64,000 nucleotides of DNA from an uncultured Methylomirabilota bacterium. Its GTDB lineage: Bacteria; Methylomirabilota; Methylomirabilia; Methylomirabilales; 2-02-FULL-66-22. The translations under genes were made by a program, and so were the position numbers. This document shows, piece by piece, positions 50,511 through 59,935 of this stretch (position 1 is its first letter; every line of letters begins with the position of its first letter). The DNA lies in assembly GCA_963705305.1 (NCBI GenBank), contig OY970067.1:2880001-2944000 (forward strand), written 5' to 3'. The notes beneath the pieces were generated by a model that saw only the letters and a program-made list of their open reading frames with translations, ran no database searches and was not told the origin of the DNA.

Positions 50511-51023
50511 ATGCGCAAGCTCTACACCAACCTGATCGCTTTTCTCCTGGGCGTTTCGGGGGTCCTGATGCTGGCCATGCTGGGGGTCGTCCTGCTGGGC
50601 GTGATCTTCCGCTACGCTCTCAATGCGGCCCTGTCCTGGTATGACGAGTTCGCCGGGTACGTCCTGGTCTGGCTGACGATGTTCGGGACGGTGGTGGCGC
50701 TGGCCAAAGGGAAGCACATCAGCTTCGAGACCCTGGCGGAGAAACTCCCGACTCGCTGGCAGCGGGCGGTGGAGATCTTCGGCAGCGTGTGTGTCCTGAG
50801 CTTTTCCCTCGTCATGCTGGTATCGGGGTGGGTGCTGGTGCGCTCCATGTGGGGGGAGACGTCGGTCTCGGTCCCCACGGTGGAGATGTCCTGGGTGTAC
50901 AGCGTGCTACCCATCTCCGGAGTGCTCCTGGTCCTGGTCGGCATCGTCCAGCTCACGATGCTGGTGACCGGGCAGGAGGTGCCGGAGGCCCCGAAGCGCA
51001 AAGCCATGGAGGAGGGACAGTAA
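50511..51023 (+). CDS. dctQ: TRAP transporter small permease
   Basis: VIFRY, W.DEFA, HI; 4 TM. Confidence 0.92.
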   Translation: MRKLYTNLIAFLLGVSGVLMLAMLGVVLLGVIFRYALNAALSWYDEFAGYVLVWLTMFGTVVALAKGKHISFETLAEKLPTRWQRAVEIFGSVCVLSFSLVMLVSGWVLVRSMWGETSVSVPTVEMSWVYSVLPISGVLLVLVGIVQLTMLVTGQEVPEAPKRKAMEEGQ

Positions 51024-52304
51024 ATGGGTTGGGTCGTCCTGAGCCTCGTGCTGTTCCTGTCCGCTCTCAACGTCCCCATCGGGTTCGTGCTGGCCATCGC
51101 CACCATCCTGGCCGTCCTGATCCAGGGGACGGCTCCCCTGGAGGCTATCCCGCTGATGATCTTCGGCGGCGCCTCCAAGTTCCCCTTGCTGGCCATCCCC
51201 CTGTTCATCCTGGCGGGGGGGCTGATGACGACCACCGGGATCTCCACGCGCCTCATCAACCTCGCCAGCGCCCTGGTGGGGTTCATCCGGGGGGGCCTGG
51301 CCATGGTGACGATCGTGGCCTCCATGTTTTTCGGAGAAATCTCCGGATCGGCGGTGGCGGGAGCCGCCGCCATCGGTCAAGTGGTCATCCCGGCCATGGA
51401 GAAGAAGGGCTATCCTAAATCCTTCAGCGCCGGGGTGGTGTCCAACGCCGCCACCCTGGCCATCATCATCCCGCCCAGCATCCCCATGATCATTTACGCG
51501 GCCATGGCGGACACCTCGGTGGTGAAGCTGTTCATCTCAGGGGTTATCCCGGGCATCATCGGTGGGGGCTTGATGATGCTGCTCTCCTATTATTTCGCGC
51601 GGACCCGCGGCTACCCGGCTGAGGCGGCGTTCTCGCTGCGGGGGGTGGGGCGAGCGCTAAAGGACGGCTTCTGGGCCCTGATGATCCCGGTGGTGATTTG
51701 GGGGGGGATTTTCGGCGGGATTGCCACGGCCACCGAAGTCGGGGGGCTGGCGGCACTGGCGGCCATCCTGATCGGGATTTTCATCTACCGGGAGCTGAAC
51801 TGGCGAGACTTCTGGAAGACGGTCGTGGACTCCGCCATGCAGACGGCAGTCATCATGCTGATCGTGGCGACCTCGGCCGTCCTGAGTTGGTATCTCACCA
51901 ACGAGGGGCTCCCCCAGCAGTTGACCCAGGCCATGCTGACCCTGACGCAGAACAAGTACCTCATCCTGTTCCTGCTCAACATCGCATTTTTCGTCGCCGG
52001 CTGCTTCTTGCACAGCGCCGCGGCGATCATCCTGATCGTGCCCATCGTGCTGCCCCTGATCAAGCACCTCGGCATCGATCCAATCCACTTCGGGCTCATG
52101 GTCACGATCAACCTGGGGGTCGGCCAGCAAACCCCACCCGTGGCCACGGTGCTGATGACGACCTGCGCCATCGCCGACCTGTCCATGTGGGAGGTGTTCA
52201 GGACCGGCTTCTGGTACATGATGGTCCTGGTGCTGCTGACCCTTCTGGTGACCTACCTACCGGATACTGGTCTCTGGCTGGTGAGACTGGTGTATCGCAT
52301 GTAA
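51024..52304 (+). CDS. dctM: TRAP transporter large permease
   Basis: LLAIPLFILAG, SGSA, IIPPSIP, IDPIHFG, TPPV. Confidence 0.95.
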   Translation: MGWVVLSLVLFLSALNVPIGFVLAIATILAVLIQGTAPLEAIPLMIFGGASKFPLLAIPLFILAGGLMTTTGISTRLINLASALVGFIRGGLAMVTIVASMFFGEISGSAVAGAAAIGQVVIPAMEKKGYPKSFSAGVVSNAATLAIIIPPSIPMIIYAAMADTSVVKLFISGVIPGIIGGGLMMLLSYYFARTRGYPAEAAFSLRGVGRALKDGFWALMIPVVIWGGIFGGIATATEVGGLAALAAILIGIFIYRELNWRDFWKTVVDSAMQTAVIMLIVATSAVLSWYLTNEGLPQQLTQAMLTLTQNKYLILFLLNIAFFVAGCFLHSAAAIILIVPIVLPLIKHLGIDPIHFGLMVTINLGVGQQTPPVATVLMTTCAIADLSMWEVFRTGFWYMMVLVLLTLLVTYLPDTGLWLVRLVYRM

Positions 52305-52319
52305 CGAGGGTGCAGAGGT

Positions 52320-53279
52320 ATGAAGACGCGAGCGGCGCAGCTGGTGGCTCCAGGAAAGGTGGTCCTGGTCGAGCGGGACCTCGAGCCGGGCCCCGACGAG
52401 GTGCTGGTGAAAGGACACCTCTCCGGGGTCTGCGGCTCGGACAAGGCTATGTATCGGGGGGACATCCCGCCGAAGATTCGGCTGCCATTTTTCATCGGCC
52501 ACGAGAGCGGCGGGACGGTGGTTGCCACGGGGTCGCGGGTGCGGGAGTATAAGACCGGTGACCGCGTGATGGTGTTCAAGTGGTGCAACACGTTTGCCGA
52601 CTACTACGTGGTCCCCGTGGGCGGACTCCAGCCGGTTCCCGAGGGCCTGGATCTGGACCTGGCCAGCCTGGGGGAGCCGGTGGCGTGTGCCATGTACTCG
52701 GCCCTCACCTGCGGCGCCGTGTTGGGCGATGTGGTGGCGGTCTACGGAATGGGGTTTGCCGGTCAGATCATCGCCCAGGCGGTCAAGCGCATGGGGGCGC
52801 ACGTGGTCGTGGCCATCGACGTGGCAAAGAGCAAGCTGGACGTGGCCAGGCGGCTGGGGAGCGACGTGACGGTCCATGCCGGCGAGACGGACCCGGTCCA
52901 AGTGGTCATGGACCTCACCGGAGGCCGCGGAGCCGATGTGGTGGTGGAGGCGGCCGGCACCGAGGCCAGCATGAACCAGGCCACGGCCATGCTCAAGCAT
53001 AACGGCATCCTGGCGCTCTACAGCTGGATCACCCAGCCGGTGAGACTGAGCATCGGCCGCTGGCACGATGATGGGCTTCAGATCCGCACGACCTGCCTGG
53101 TTCATCACACCGAGCAGGAGCGGGCCGTCTGGACGCCGTGGGCCCTGCGGCCGGTGATCCAGGGACAGATCGACGTCCGCGCGCTGATCACCCACGAGTT
53201 CCCGCTGGAGAAGGTCGCCGAAGCCTTCCGGGCGGCCGACGGGGACCCCACGGCCATCAAGGTGATCGTTCGGAGCTGA
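52320..53279 (+). CDS. Zinc-binding medium-chain dehydrogenase (polyol/sugar-acid type)
   Basis: GVCGSD, GHESGG, EP, G.G..G Rossmann motif, ITHEFPL; lacks the structural 4-Cys Zn loop. Confidence 0.9.
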   Translation: MKTRAAQLVAPGKVVLVERDLEPGPDEVLVKGHLSGVCGSDKAMYRGDIPPKIRLPFFIGHESGGTVVATGSRVREYKTGDRVMVFKWCNTFADYYVVPVGGLQPVPEGLDLDLASLGEPVACAMYSALTCGAVLGDVVAVYGMGFAGQIIAQAVKRMGAHVVVAIDVAKSKLDVARRLGSDVTVHAGETDPVQVVMDLTGGRGADVVVEAAGTEASMNQATAMLKHNGILALYSWITQPVRLSIGRWHDDGLQIRTTCLVHHTEQERAVWTPWALRPVIQGQIDVRALITHEFPLEKVAEAFRAADGDPTAIKVIVRS

Positions 53280-53311
53280 GCCCCTCTCCTGAGAGACTCA
53301 CCGACAGTCCG

Positions 53312-53341
53312 TCCGGCCCGGGCCGATCGGCCCGGGCCGGA
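53312..53341. repeat. Perfect 30-bp palindrome after the TRAP-dehydrogenase operon
   Basis: TCCGGCCCGGGCCGA|TCGGCCCGGGCCGGA. Confidence 0.7.
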
Positions 53342-53453
53342 TGCCCGGTTCCCGCCTGCGGCTCTCGAGCGGGGCCGCGGGTTCCGCTTTCTCTGCTTGT
53401 CCTGCTCCCCCTGCATTGGGTAATATGCGTTCACCATCCTGGGGGACTCCAGC

Positions 53454-54347
53454 GTGCCCAAGCCGGTCGTCTGCCGCATCGTGACGACGCGCCAGGAGGT
53501 TGAGGCCTGGCGCGATCAAGCGTTCCGCCGCCTCCCGGCGCGACGTGTGCGGGGAGAGCGAACCGCCCTCCAGTTCGTGCGGGAGGTCGGATTCTGCTTC
53601 ACCCTGAGCGACTTCGGTCTCCCGGTGGCCAGCCTGTACGTCGCGGTCTGCGGCCACCGCCATCCGCGGTGGCCCAAGCACACCCACCATGATCCGGCCA
53701 TCGGATTGACTTGGAATCTCAAGGACAGTCTGCCGGCGCGGCGCCTGACCTACTACGGCAAGCTGGTCAAGGGAAAGCCGACGCTGGTCTCGCTGGATCT
53801 CCTACCCGCCTTCTGCGCCGTGATCCGCGAGGGCCGCGGGAGCGGGGATTACATCCTGGATTACCGGCGCGGCCGCATGAGCCGCGTCGCGGCCTCCGTC
53901 CTGGACGCCCTCCACGAGCGGGGTCCCCTCACGACGCCCGAGCTGCGGAAGGCCGTCACGCAGAGCGGCCCCGGCCGCACCGCGGAGTTCGATCGGGCCA
54001 TGGCGGAGGCGCAGCGGGGGCTCTGGGTGGCCAAGGTGGAAGAGGTCTACGACCCCGACTTCTACTACCGCTGGGATCTCTTGGATAACTGGCTTCCCGG
54101 CCCCCTTGCCGCCTCGCTGGATCTGGGCCGGGCGGAGGCCGTCCAGCGGCTGTTGGCGGCCTACCTCGCGGGTGCGGCGGCGGCCCAACCCCGGTTCCTG
54201 GGGGGTCTCTTCGGCCTGGGGCTGGCGGAGGTGGAGGCCGGCCTAGCCGCGCTGGAACGGGCCGGCGCCATCCGGCGCGCCCAGCGCATCCGCGGGCTCC
54301 CCGGGAACTGGGCGGTCTGGGCTCCGGGGGCGCGGGACGAGAGGTGA
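53454..54347 (+). CDS. Winged-helix AlkZ/YcaQ-related protein
   Basis: FV.EVGFC, SLY.AV, W.LKD.L, YYGKL..GKPTLVS, GPLTT.ELR pattern. Confidence 0.65.
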   Translation: MPKPVVCRIVTTRQEVEAWRDQAFRRLPARRVRGERTALQFVREVGFCFTLSDFGLPVASLYVAVCGHRHPRWPKHTHHDPAIGLTWNLKDSLPARRLTYYGKLVKGKPTLVSLDLLPAFCAVIREGRGSGDYILDYRRGRMSRVAASVLDALHERGPLTTPELRKAVTQSGPGRTAEFDRAMAEAQRGLWVAKVEEVYDPDFYYRWDLLDNWLPGPLAASLDLGRAEAVQRLLAAYLAGAAAAQPRFLGGLFGLGLAEVEAGLAALERAGAIRRAQRIRGLPGNWAVWAPGARDER

Positions 54348-54369
54348 CCGGTGGCGCCTGGGAGCGGAG

Positions 54370-54495
54370 ATGGCGGATGTGCTGGGGCTGGATCTGATTG
54401 CGGCGGCCGGCCAGAAGCTCTGCGAGAACGCCGAGAAGTATCCCGTGGCGCGGGCACGGGGAAACGCCAAGAAGTATGATCAGCTGGCCTCGTAG
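54370..54495 (+). pseudogene. C-terminal fragment of a MazG-like nucleotide pyrophosphohydrolase
   Basis: MADVLGLDLIAAAGQKLCENAEKYPVARARGNAKKY matches the family C-terminus; the ExxE catalytic N-half is absent. Confidence 0.65.
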
Positions 54496-55744
54496 GCGGT
54501 GGCGCCGGGCCTTGGGCCTCCTGCTGCTTATCCTGGGTGGGGCGGCGTGTGGCCGCGAGGCGCCCCTGGCCGAGCGGGTGAACGGCCTCCTGGAGCGGGG
54601 CGAGGCGGCCCGGGCCCTGGCCCTGGTATCCCAGCGGATCCAAACACGGCCGGAAGACTGGGCGGCCCACGACCTTCGAGTCCGGGTCCTCCTGCGCATG
54701 GGAGATCCGGACCAGGCGCTTCAGGCCTATGGGGCGCGCTGGCCCGAAGGCGGTCCCGAGGCACCGCTCCTGTTCCGCCGGATTGCCGTGTCCCTGCTCC
54801 GCGAGGGGCTGCAGAGCCCGGACGGCCTGCTGCGTAGCCGGGCGGCCGCGGCGCTGGCGGCGCTCGGCGCCCCGGATCTTTTGCCCCTCTTTCGCCTAGG
54901 CCTGGCGCAGCCGGAGGCCTCCGTCCGGGCGCTGACGGCGCGTGCTCTGGCTGCGCTGCCGGGGGAGGCCGGCAGTCGGCTGCTGCTCCAGGCGATCACG
55001 GATTCCCGGCCCGAGGTGCGGGCCGCGGCGGCAGGCGCGCTGGGGAACCGATCCGGCGTGGAGACGCGGGCGGCTCTGGAGCGGGCGCGCGCCGATGCGA
55101 GTCCGGCGGTGCGACTGGGGGCGGCCGCGGCGCTGGCTGAACGGGGGGACACGGCCGCATTGCGCGAGGTGCGCGCGATCCTGATCGGGGGAAAGGACTC
55201 CCTCCGCATGCAGGCTGCCGAGATCCTCGGCCATCTCGGAGATCCGGCCGCTGCTCGGCCGTTGCATGCCATGCTTCGGGAGGCGAATCCGTACGTGAGA
55301 ATCCCGGCGGCGGAGGCGCTGGCTCGCCTGGGGGATCCCGCCGGACCCGCGGCGCTCTCTGCCCTGCTGCATCATGCCGACGCCGTGGTTGCCCTGTATG
55401 CTGCAGAGGCCCTCTCCAACCTCAAAGATGCCGCCGGCACGGCCCGCCTCCTGGAGGCCCTCCGTCCCGCGGCGGAGCTGTCGACGCGCCTGTACGCCGC
55501 CTGGACGCTGGCCCGCTTGGGCGATCTCCGCGGTCGCCCTGTCCTGGAAGAGCTGGTGGCGCACCCCGATCCGCACGTGCGGATGCAAGCCGCCTGGGCG
55601 CTGGGGGAGATGGGACAGGAGGCCGGCGCGGCGGCGCTTCGTCGGGCCGTGCACGATCCGGTGCCGGCCGTTCGACTTCAAGCTGCCTTGGGGCTGGCGG
55701 CCCAGTTCATGCATGGGGAGGGGGTGGCACGGATAGGCGGGTGA
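54476..55744 (+). CDS. HEAT-repeat putative lipoprotein
   Basis: Hydrophobic signal ending GAAC; many VR..AA.ALG HEAT/PBS-lyase repeats; start uncertain. Confidence 0.82.
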   Translation: MISWPRRRWRRALGLLLLILGGAACGREAPLAERVNGLLERGEAARALALVSQRIQTRPEDWAAHDLRVRVLLRMGDPDQALQAYGARWPEGGPEAPLLFRRIAVSLLREGLQSPDGLLRSRAAAALAALGAPDLLPLFRLGLAQPEASVRALTARALAALPGEAGSRLLLQAITDSRPEVRAAAAGALGNRSGVETRAALERARADASPAVRLGAAAALAERGDTAALREVRAILIGGKDSLRMQAAEILGHLGDPAAARPLHAMLREANPYVRIPAAEALARLGDPAGPAALSALLHHADAVVALYAAEALSNLKDAAGTARLLEALRPAAELSTRLYAAWTLARLGDLRGRPVLEELVAHPDPHVRMQAAWALGEMGQEAGAAALRRAVHDPVPAVRLQAALGLAAQFMHGEGVARIGG

Positions 55745-55981
55745 CCCAGGGCCCGCTGCCTGCACAGAGACCGACCCCCGCCTTGTATCGTTCTGAAGCG
55801 CAGAGAATATCTAGCGCGGCAAGCCTTACAAGGCCGGTGGCAGGGAGAGCGGCAGGGGCGAGAGGAAGGTGTCTGGGGCCACAGATCCAGGGTTGTTGAA
55901 ACAGTCACCACTGCCATTGTGACTGGAGAACCCGGATCCGTTCGCGTTCATGGGGGTAGCGTGAAAGGCTTGCCGTGCCGG

Positions 55982-56641
55982 ATGCGGGGCAGACAATTGA
56001 AAGTGGGCCGGCTCGCCCTCCTGTGTTTGCTGGTAGCGTCCTGCGCCCGCCCCGCGATCGTCCCGCCAGCCACCCTGGGAGCCGGCGAGATCGGCATGGC
56101 CTCGTGGTACGGGCCGGGCTTCCATGGCCGGCGAACTTCCAGTGGAGAGGTCTACGACATGTACCAGCTCACCGCCGCCCACAGGGACCTACCGCTGGAG
56201 ACGTGGGTCATGGTGACGAATCTCAACAACGGACGATCCGTGGAAGTTCGGGTAAACGACCGTGGCCCGTTCGTTGACGATCGGATCATTGATGTCTCCT
56301 ATGCCGCGGGGCGCCTGTTGGGGATGATCGGTCCCGGGGTGATTCCTGTCCGGGTTGTGGTGACTCGGCCTGCGCAGACATACGGCCCTGGTCCTGTCAC
56401 TTTGTCAGCTGGATACACCGTCCAAGTGGGCTCCTTTGCTGCCGAAGAGAACGCCCGCGAGCTGGAGCGGATACTGGACGCAGATTTTCAGGATGTGGAA
56501 GTGGTCCGTCGGCTGGTGGCTGGCAGCACCTACTTCCGGGTCCGGGTGGGCAAGTTCTCCAGCCACCTGGAGGCGGAGGCGCTGGCCAAGCGGCTGGCCG
56601 CCCGCGGGCTAAATGTGCTCATCATGGAGGTAGAGCCGTAG
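55982..56641 (+). CDS. rlpA: Septal ring lytic transglycosylase RlpA family lipoprotein (DPBB plus SPOR)
   Basis: Lipobox VASC; ASWYG, TAAH, VNDRGPF, IIDVS; SPOR motifs YTVQVGSF and FRVRVG. Confidence 0.95.
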   Translation: MRGRQLKVGRLALLCLLVASCARPAIVPPATLGAGEIGMASWYGPGFHGRRTSSGEVYDMYQLTAAHRDLPLETWVMVTNLNNGRSVEVRVNDRGPFVDDRIIDVSYAAGRLLGMIGPGVIPVRVVVTRPAQTYGPGPVTLSAGYTVQVGSFAAEENARELERILDADFQDVEVVRRLVAGSTYFRVRVGKFSSHLEAEALAKRLAARGLNVLIMEVEP

Positions 56642-56733
56642 ATGGCGATGAGTTGCGATTGTGCGCAGACCGGCAACAGCAGGAGATAGGGCTTGACTCT
56701 CCGGCGCGATGCGTGTTACCGTGCGCCCGAATT

Positions 56734-56749
56734 TGTTACGAAAATCACA
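56734..56749. promoter_or_regulatory. CRP/FNR-like box TGTTA-N6-TCACA
   Basis: One mismatch to TGTGA-N6-TCACA, in an AT-rich patch upstream of the M23 gene. Confidence 0.4.
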
Positions 56750-56952
56750 TACGGAACGGGAGGCGCTGTCTTGCCGCATGCGCTCACAGAGTGCTGGGCG
56801 GCCCAAAGATCGAAAGGGAATTGATTCTCACGGGCGTGGCATCGCCTGGCCAATGACCAGGGAAGTTGCGTCCATCCCGAGCGCCGTCTGGCCGGCCTCG
56901 GGTCCTCCCCAAGCAGGCAGCATGCCGTGATCCTTTGCGCAAGGAGGCAGGA

Positions 56953-57901
56953 ATGGCCACCCGGTTTTATACAGTACTCGTCCTTCCCGATGCCACCTCT
57001 CCGGCTCGAAAGTTTCATATCCACCGGTCTGTCCTCACCGGGCTGTCCGTGTTCGCGGCGCTATTGTTTCTCGCTTTCGGCTTCTTCACCTACCAATACG
57101 TCAATTTGAACGTCCGGATGCTGGAGCTCAAGCAGCTGCGCCAAGAGGTGCGGGATCAGAGTCATCTGGCGCAGAAGGTAAGCCAGCTGGAAGGCGATCT
57201 CTCCCGGCTGCGCGATCTGGACCGCAGGGTGCGCGTTGCCGCCGGCCTGGGCAAGGCCGATGCGCAGGAACCCGTCCTGGCAGAGGGGGGTGCCGTGACG
57301 CCGAGCCGGACGGCCCTGCTGGAGGCGGTGAAGGAGCAGGCCGTCCGCCCCGCGGACTCGATGAACCACGACCTGGACGTTCCTGGGGCAGGAGATCACC
57401 TCTCGCGAACAGAGTTTCCGCGAGTTGAATCGCCTCTTGGAGGAAAAGCGGTCCCTGCTGGCCTCGACCCCGACCATCCCCCCCGTCAAGGGCCTGATCA
57501 CGGCCGGTTTCGGCTACCGGCGATCGCCCTTCACGGGACAGCGCGAGATGCATGAAGGCGTGGACATCGCCGCCCCGGTGGGGACGCCGGTGGTGGCGAC
57601 GGCAGACGGCATCGTCTCCTTTGCCGGCCCGCTGTCGGATTACGGCAATGCAGTGTACATCGATCACGGCCACGGCTTCGCGACCTTCTACGCGCACAAC
57701 AGCAGAATCCGGGTGCGGGAGGGGCAGTCGGTGAAGCGGGGGAACGTCATCGCGTACGTGGGATCCACCGGGCGAGCCACCGGACCCCATGTCCATTACG
57801 AAGTTCACCTCAACGGAGCCGTCCTGAACCCCATGAAATATATCATTGACACGACGGGAATAAAGTTCGCCGGCGAAGGGGAGGGCAGCGGCCAGTCCTA
57901 G
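56953..57901 (+). CDS. M23 family peptidoglycan endopeptidase with TM and coiled coil (+1 frameshift at 57376-57382; 315 aa when corrected)
   Basis: AAGGAGG RBS; HEGVD (HxxxD), YAHN, GSTGRATGPHVHYEV (HxH). Confidence 0.92.
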
Positions 57902-57924
57902 CCGCCCCAAGTCGCGTGCAGGTC

Positions 57925-57956
57925 AGCGCCCCGGACAGAATCCGGGGCGCTTTTTT
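57925..57956 (+). terminator. Rho-independent terminator
   Basis: AGCGCCCCGGA-cagaa-TCCGGGGCGCT followed by a T-run. Confidence 0.85.
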
Positions 57957-58016
57957 GCGCGCCATGACAACGCGACTGATGCCCATCCCGGAAACATCCG
58001 GGGATGAAAGGAGGTA

Positions 58017-58196
58017 TTACTCCTCCTCGTCCTGGAGACTGGCGAGGAGGGCGGTGAGATGGGGGTCGCCTCCCGCCGGGGGACGCCAATCCACCTGAAC
58101 GACCTCGACGCCCTCGGCGCGCAGCCCCTCGGCGAAGCTCTCCAGCCCGATATTGACGACCCAGAGCGTCTCCGGGAAGATCCCCTTCCGATTCAT
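58017..58196 (-). CDS. Small FdrA-associated protein (59 aa)
   Basis: MNRKGIFPETLWVVNIGLESFAEGLRAEGVEVVQVDWRPPAGGD; ATGA overlap with the fdrA stop; below the ORF-track size cutoff. Confidence 0.8.
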   Translation of the reverse strand: MNRKGIFPETLWVVNIGLESFAEGLRAEGVEVVQVDWRPPAGGDPHLTALLASLQDEEE

Positions 58197-59746
58197 GATT
58201 TGCCCTCCAAGAGTTGGCTGGCCAGCGCAGGCCGTGCGATCAGGGCCGCGAACCGGGCCGCCTCGGCGTTGGCCGGAAGCACCTCGGCGCCTGCCTCCTG
58301 AAGTTGCGCGACCTGGCGCTCCAGCCCCTGCGGGTCCTGCGAGGTGCCGACGACGGAGGCCACCGCCGCCAGGGTTCGCCCGGACTCCCCGGCCGTCCGG
58401 CGGGCTGCTCGCAGAGCCGCCGCCAGCGGGGCGGCGGGATCGGGATGGGACGCCCGGCCCAGGACTAGGTCCACCAGCAGAACCGACACGTGGGGCGACC
58501 GGCCCGCCTCCCGGATCAGCTCCGTGCGCATCTGGGGGTCGATCATGGGATGCGGCCTGCCCACGGTGAATTGGTCGTCGCCCAGGTCCACGATGCGATG
58601 GGGCACCTCAGCGGTCCGGGTAAGCGCGTTGAATCCGACCGGGCCGAGCAGGGGTGCGAGCACCAGCTGGGCCTCGTGCGCCAGCGTCCCGCCGGTGTAC
58701 AGGCCGAGCAGGCCCCCTCCGCCGGCCCCCGCGAGACGATGCGCCCGCTCCCACCGGGTCCGTACGTCCCGGAGGTCGCCGAAGACCTGCGGCGACCATT
58801 CGCGCATCCGAAGCGCCGCCACGGCGGCGTCGGCGGCCGCGTCGAGCGTCTCCACCCAGCGGGCCCGGCCCGTCCCGGGAGGGGCGGCACCCAGACAGCA
58901 CACGATCGTGGGCTTCCGGATCGTATCGAGCGCCTCCAGCAGCCGCGGCAGCATCTCGGGGTGTGGAGGCTTGGAGAGGAGCACGACGGCTTCGGTGGCC
59001 GCATCCCCGGCCAATGCCCCCAGCGCGAACAAGGTCATTGTCCCCTCGACCTCGAGGGACAGGTCTCGCCCGCCTACGCCGATCCCGTGGGAGATGCCTT
59101 CGCCCAGCGCCGCCAGGCGCGAGGCGACGGCCTGCAGGCCGGTTCCGGAAGCGGCCACGATCCCGATGCGCCCGCGGGGGACGACGTTGGAGAACCCGAT
59201 GCCCTGCCCGCTCAGGTAGGCCGTGCCGCAATCAGGCCCCATGCAGAAGCGTCCCAGCCGCCGGGCTTCCCGCTTCAGCTCGATCTCGTCCGCCAGGGGT
59301 ACGTGGTCGCTGAAGAGGAACACGTGCAGGCCGCGCCGCAAGGCCCGCAAGGCCTCGAACTTGGCGTAGGCGCCGGGCACCGAAATGGCGACTAGGTTGG
59401 CCCGGGGCAGCGTTTTGAGCGCGGAGTCAAGAGTGCGCGGCCGGCCTTCGGCCGATTGCTCCGCGGTCCGGCGCCGCTCGGTGAGCAGCTCGCGGGCCGC
59501 CGCGAGCGCCGCCGCAGCCGCCGCCTCGGTCTCCGCCTCGACGGCCAGGATCAGGTCGTCGGGCCGGGCCGCTCGTGTCTCGGCGACGGCCAGACCCGTC
59601 TGCTCCAGCAGGGCGTGATTGGCGGGAGTGCCCATGAAGGCAGCCGCCTCCCGGACACCCGGCCGGCCGCGCACCTGTCCGGCCACCCGCATCAGGACGA
59701 CCGAGTCTTGATAGAAGGATGTTAGGACCTCAGCGCGGATCGGCAT
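58193..59746 (-). CDS. fdrA: FdrA/AllF acyl-CoA synthetase-like protein
   Basis: YQDSVVLM, MGTPAN, ISVPG, MGPDCGT, ASGTGLQ, GVGGRDL, GLYTGGTL, DLGDD.FTVGRPHPMIDP. Confidence 0.93.
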   Translation of the reverse strand: MPIRAEVLTSFYQDSVVLMRVAGQVRGRPGVREAAAFMGTPANHALLEQTGLAVAETRAARPDDLILAVEAETEAAAAAALAAARELLTERRRTAEQSAEGRPRTLDSALKTLPRANLVAISVPGAYAKFEALRALRRGLHVFLFSDHVPLADEIELKREARRLGRFCMGPDCGTAYLSGQGIGFSNVVPRGRIGIVAASGTGLQAVASRLAALGEGISHGIGVGGRDLSLEVEGTMTLFALGALAGDAATEAVVLLSKPPHPEMLPRLLEALDTIRKPTIVCCLGAAPPGTGRARWVETLDAAADAAVAALRMREWSPQVFGDLRDVRTRWERAHRLAGAGGGGLLGLYTGGTLAHEAQLVLAPLLGPVGFNALTRTAEVPHRIVDLGDDQFTVGRPHPMIDPQMRTELIREAGRSPHVSVLLVDLVLGRASHPDPAAPLAAALRAARRTAGESGRTLAAVASVVGTSQDPQGLERQVAQLQEAGAEVLPANAEAARFAALIARPALASQLLEGKS

Positions 59747-59774
59747 CGGCTATCTCCCCATGGTCATGAGCCGT

Positions 59775-59935
59775 CTAGCAGGCTGCTGAAAAAGTCCCGT
59801 CTGCGGCGTTGCCGCACTCCCGCGACGCTGCGGCGTACGGGCGAAGTACGCCTCGCGCCGCAGATCGTGCGGCGCCTTGCATCTGGGCCTTTTTGAGCAG
59901 CCTGAGCGAAAACAAGTACTTCAGCACCTTGCTAG
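59775..59935. mobile_element. Second copy of the CTAG-flanked MITE
   Basis: ctagCAGGCTGCTGAAAAAG...TTCAGCACCTTGctag; shares internal blocks gctgcggcgtacg..gaagtacgcctcgc and gccttgcatctgg.cctttttga with 21738-21938. Confidence 0.85.
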
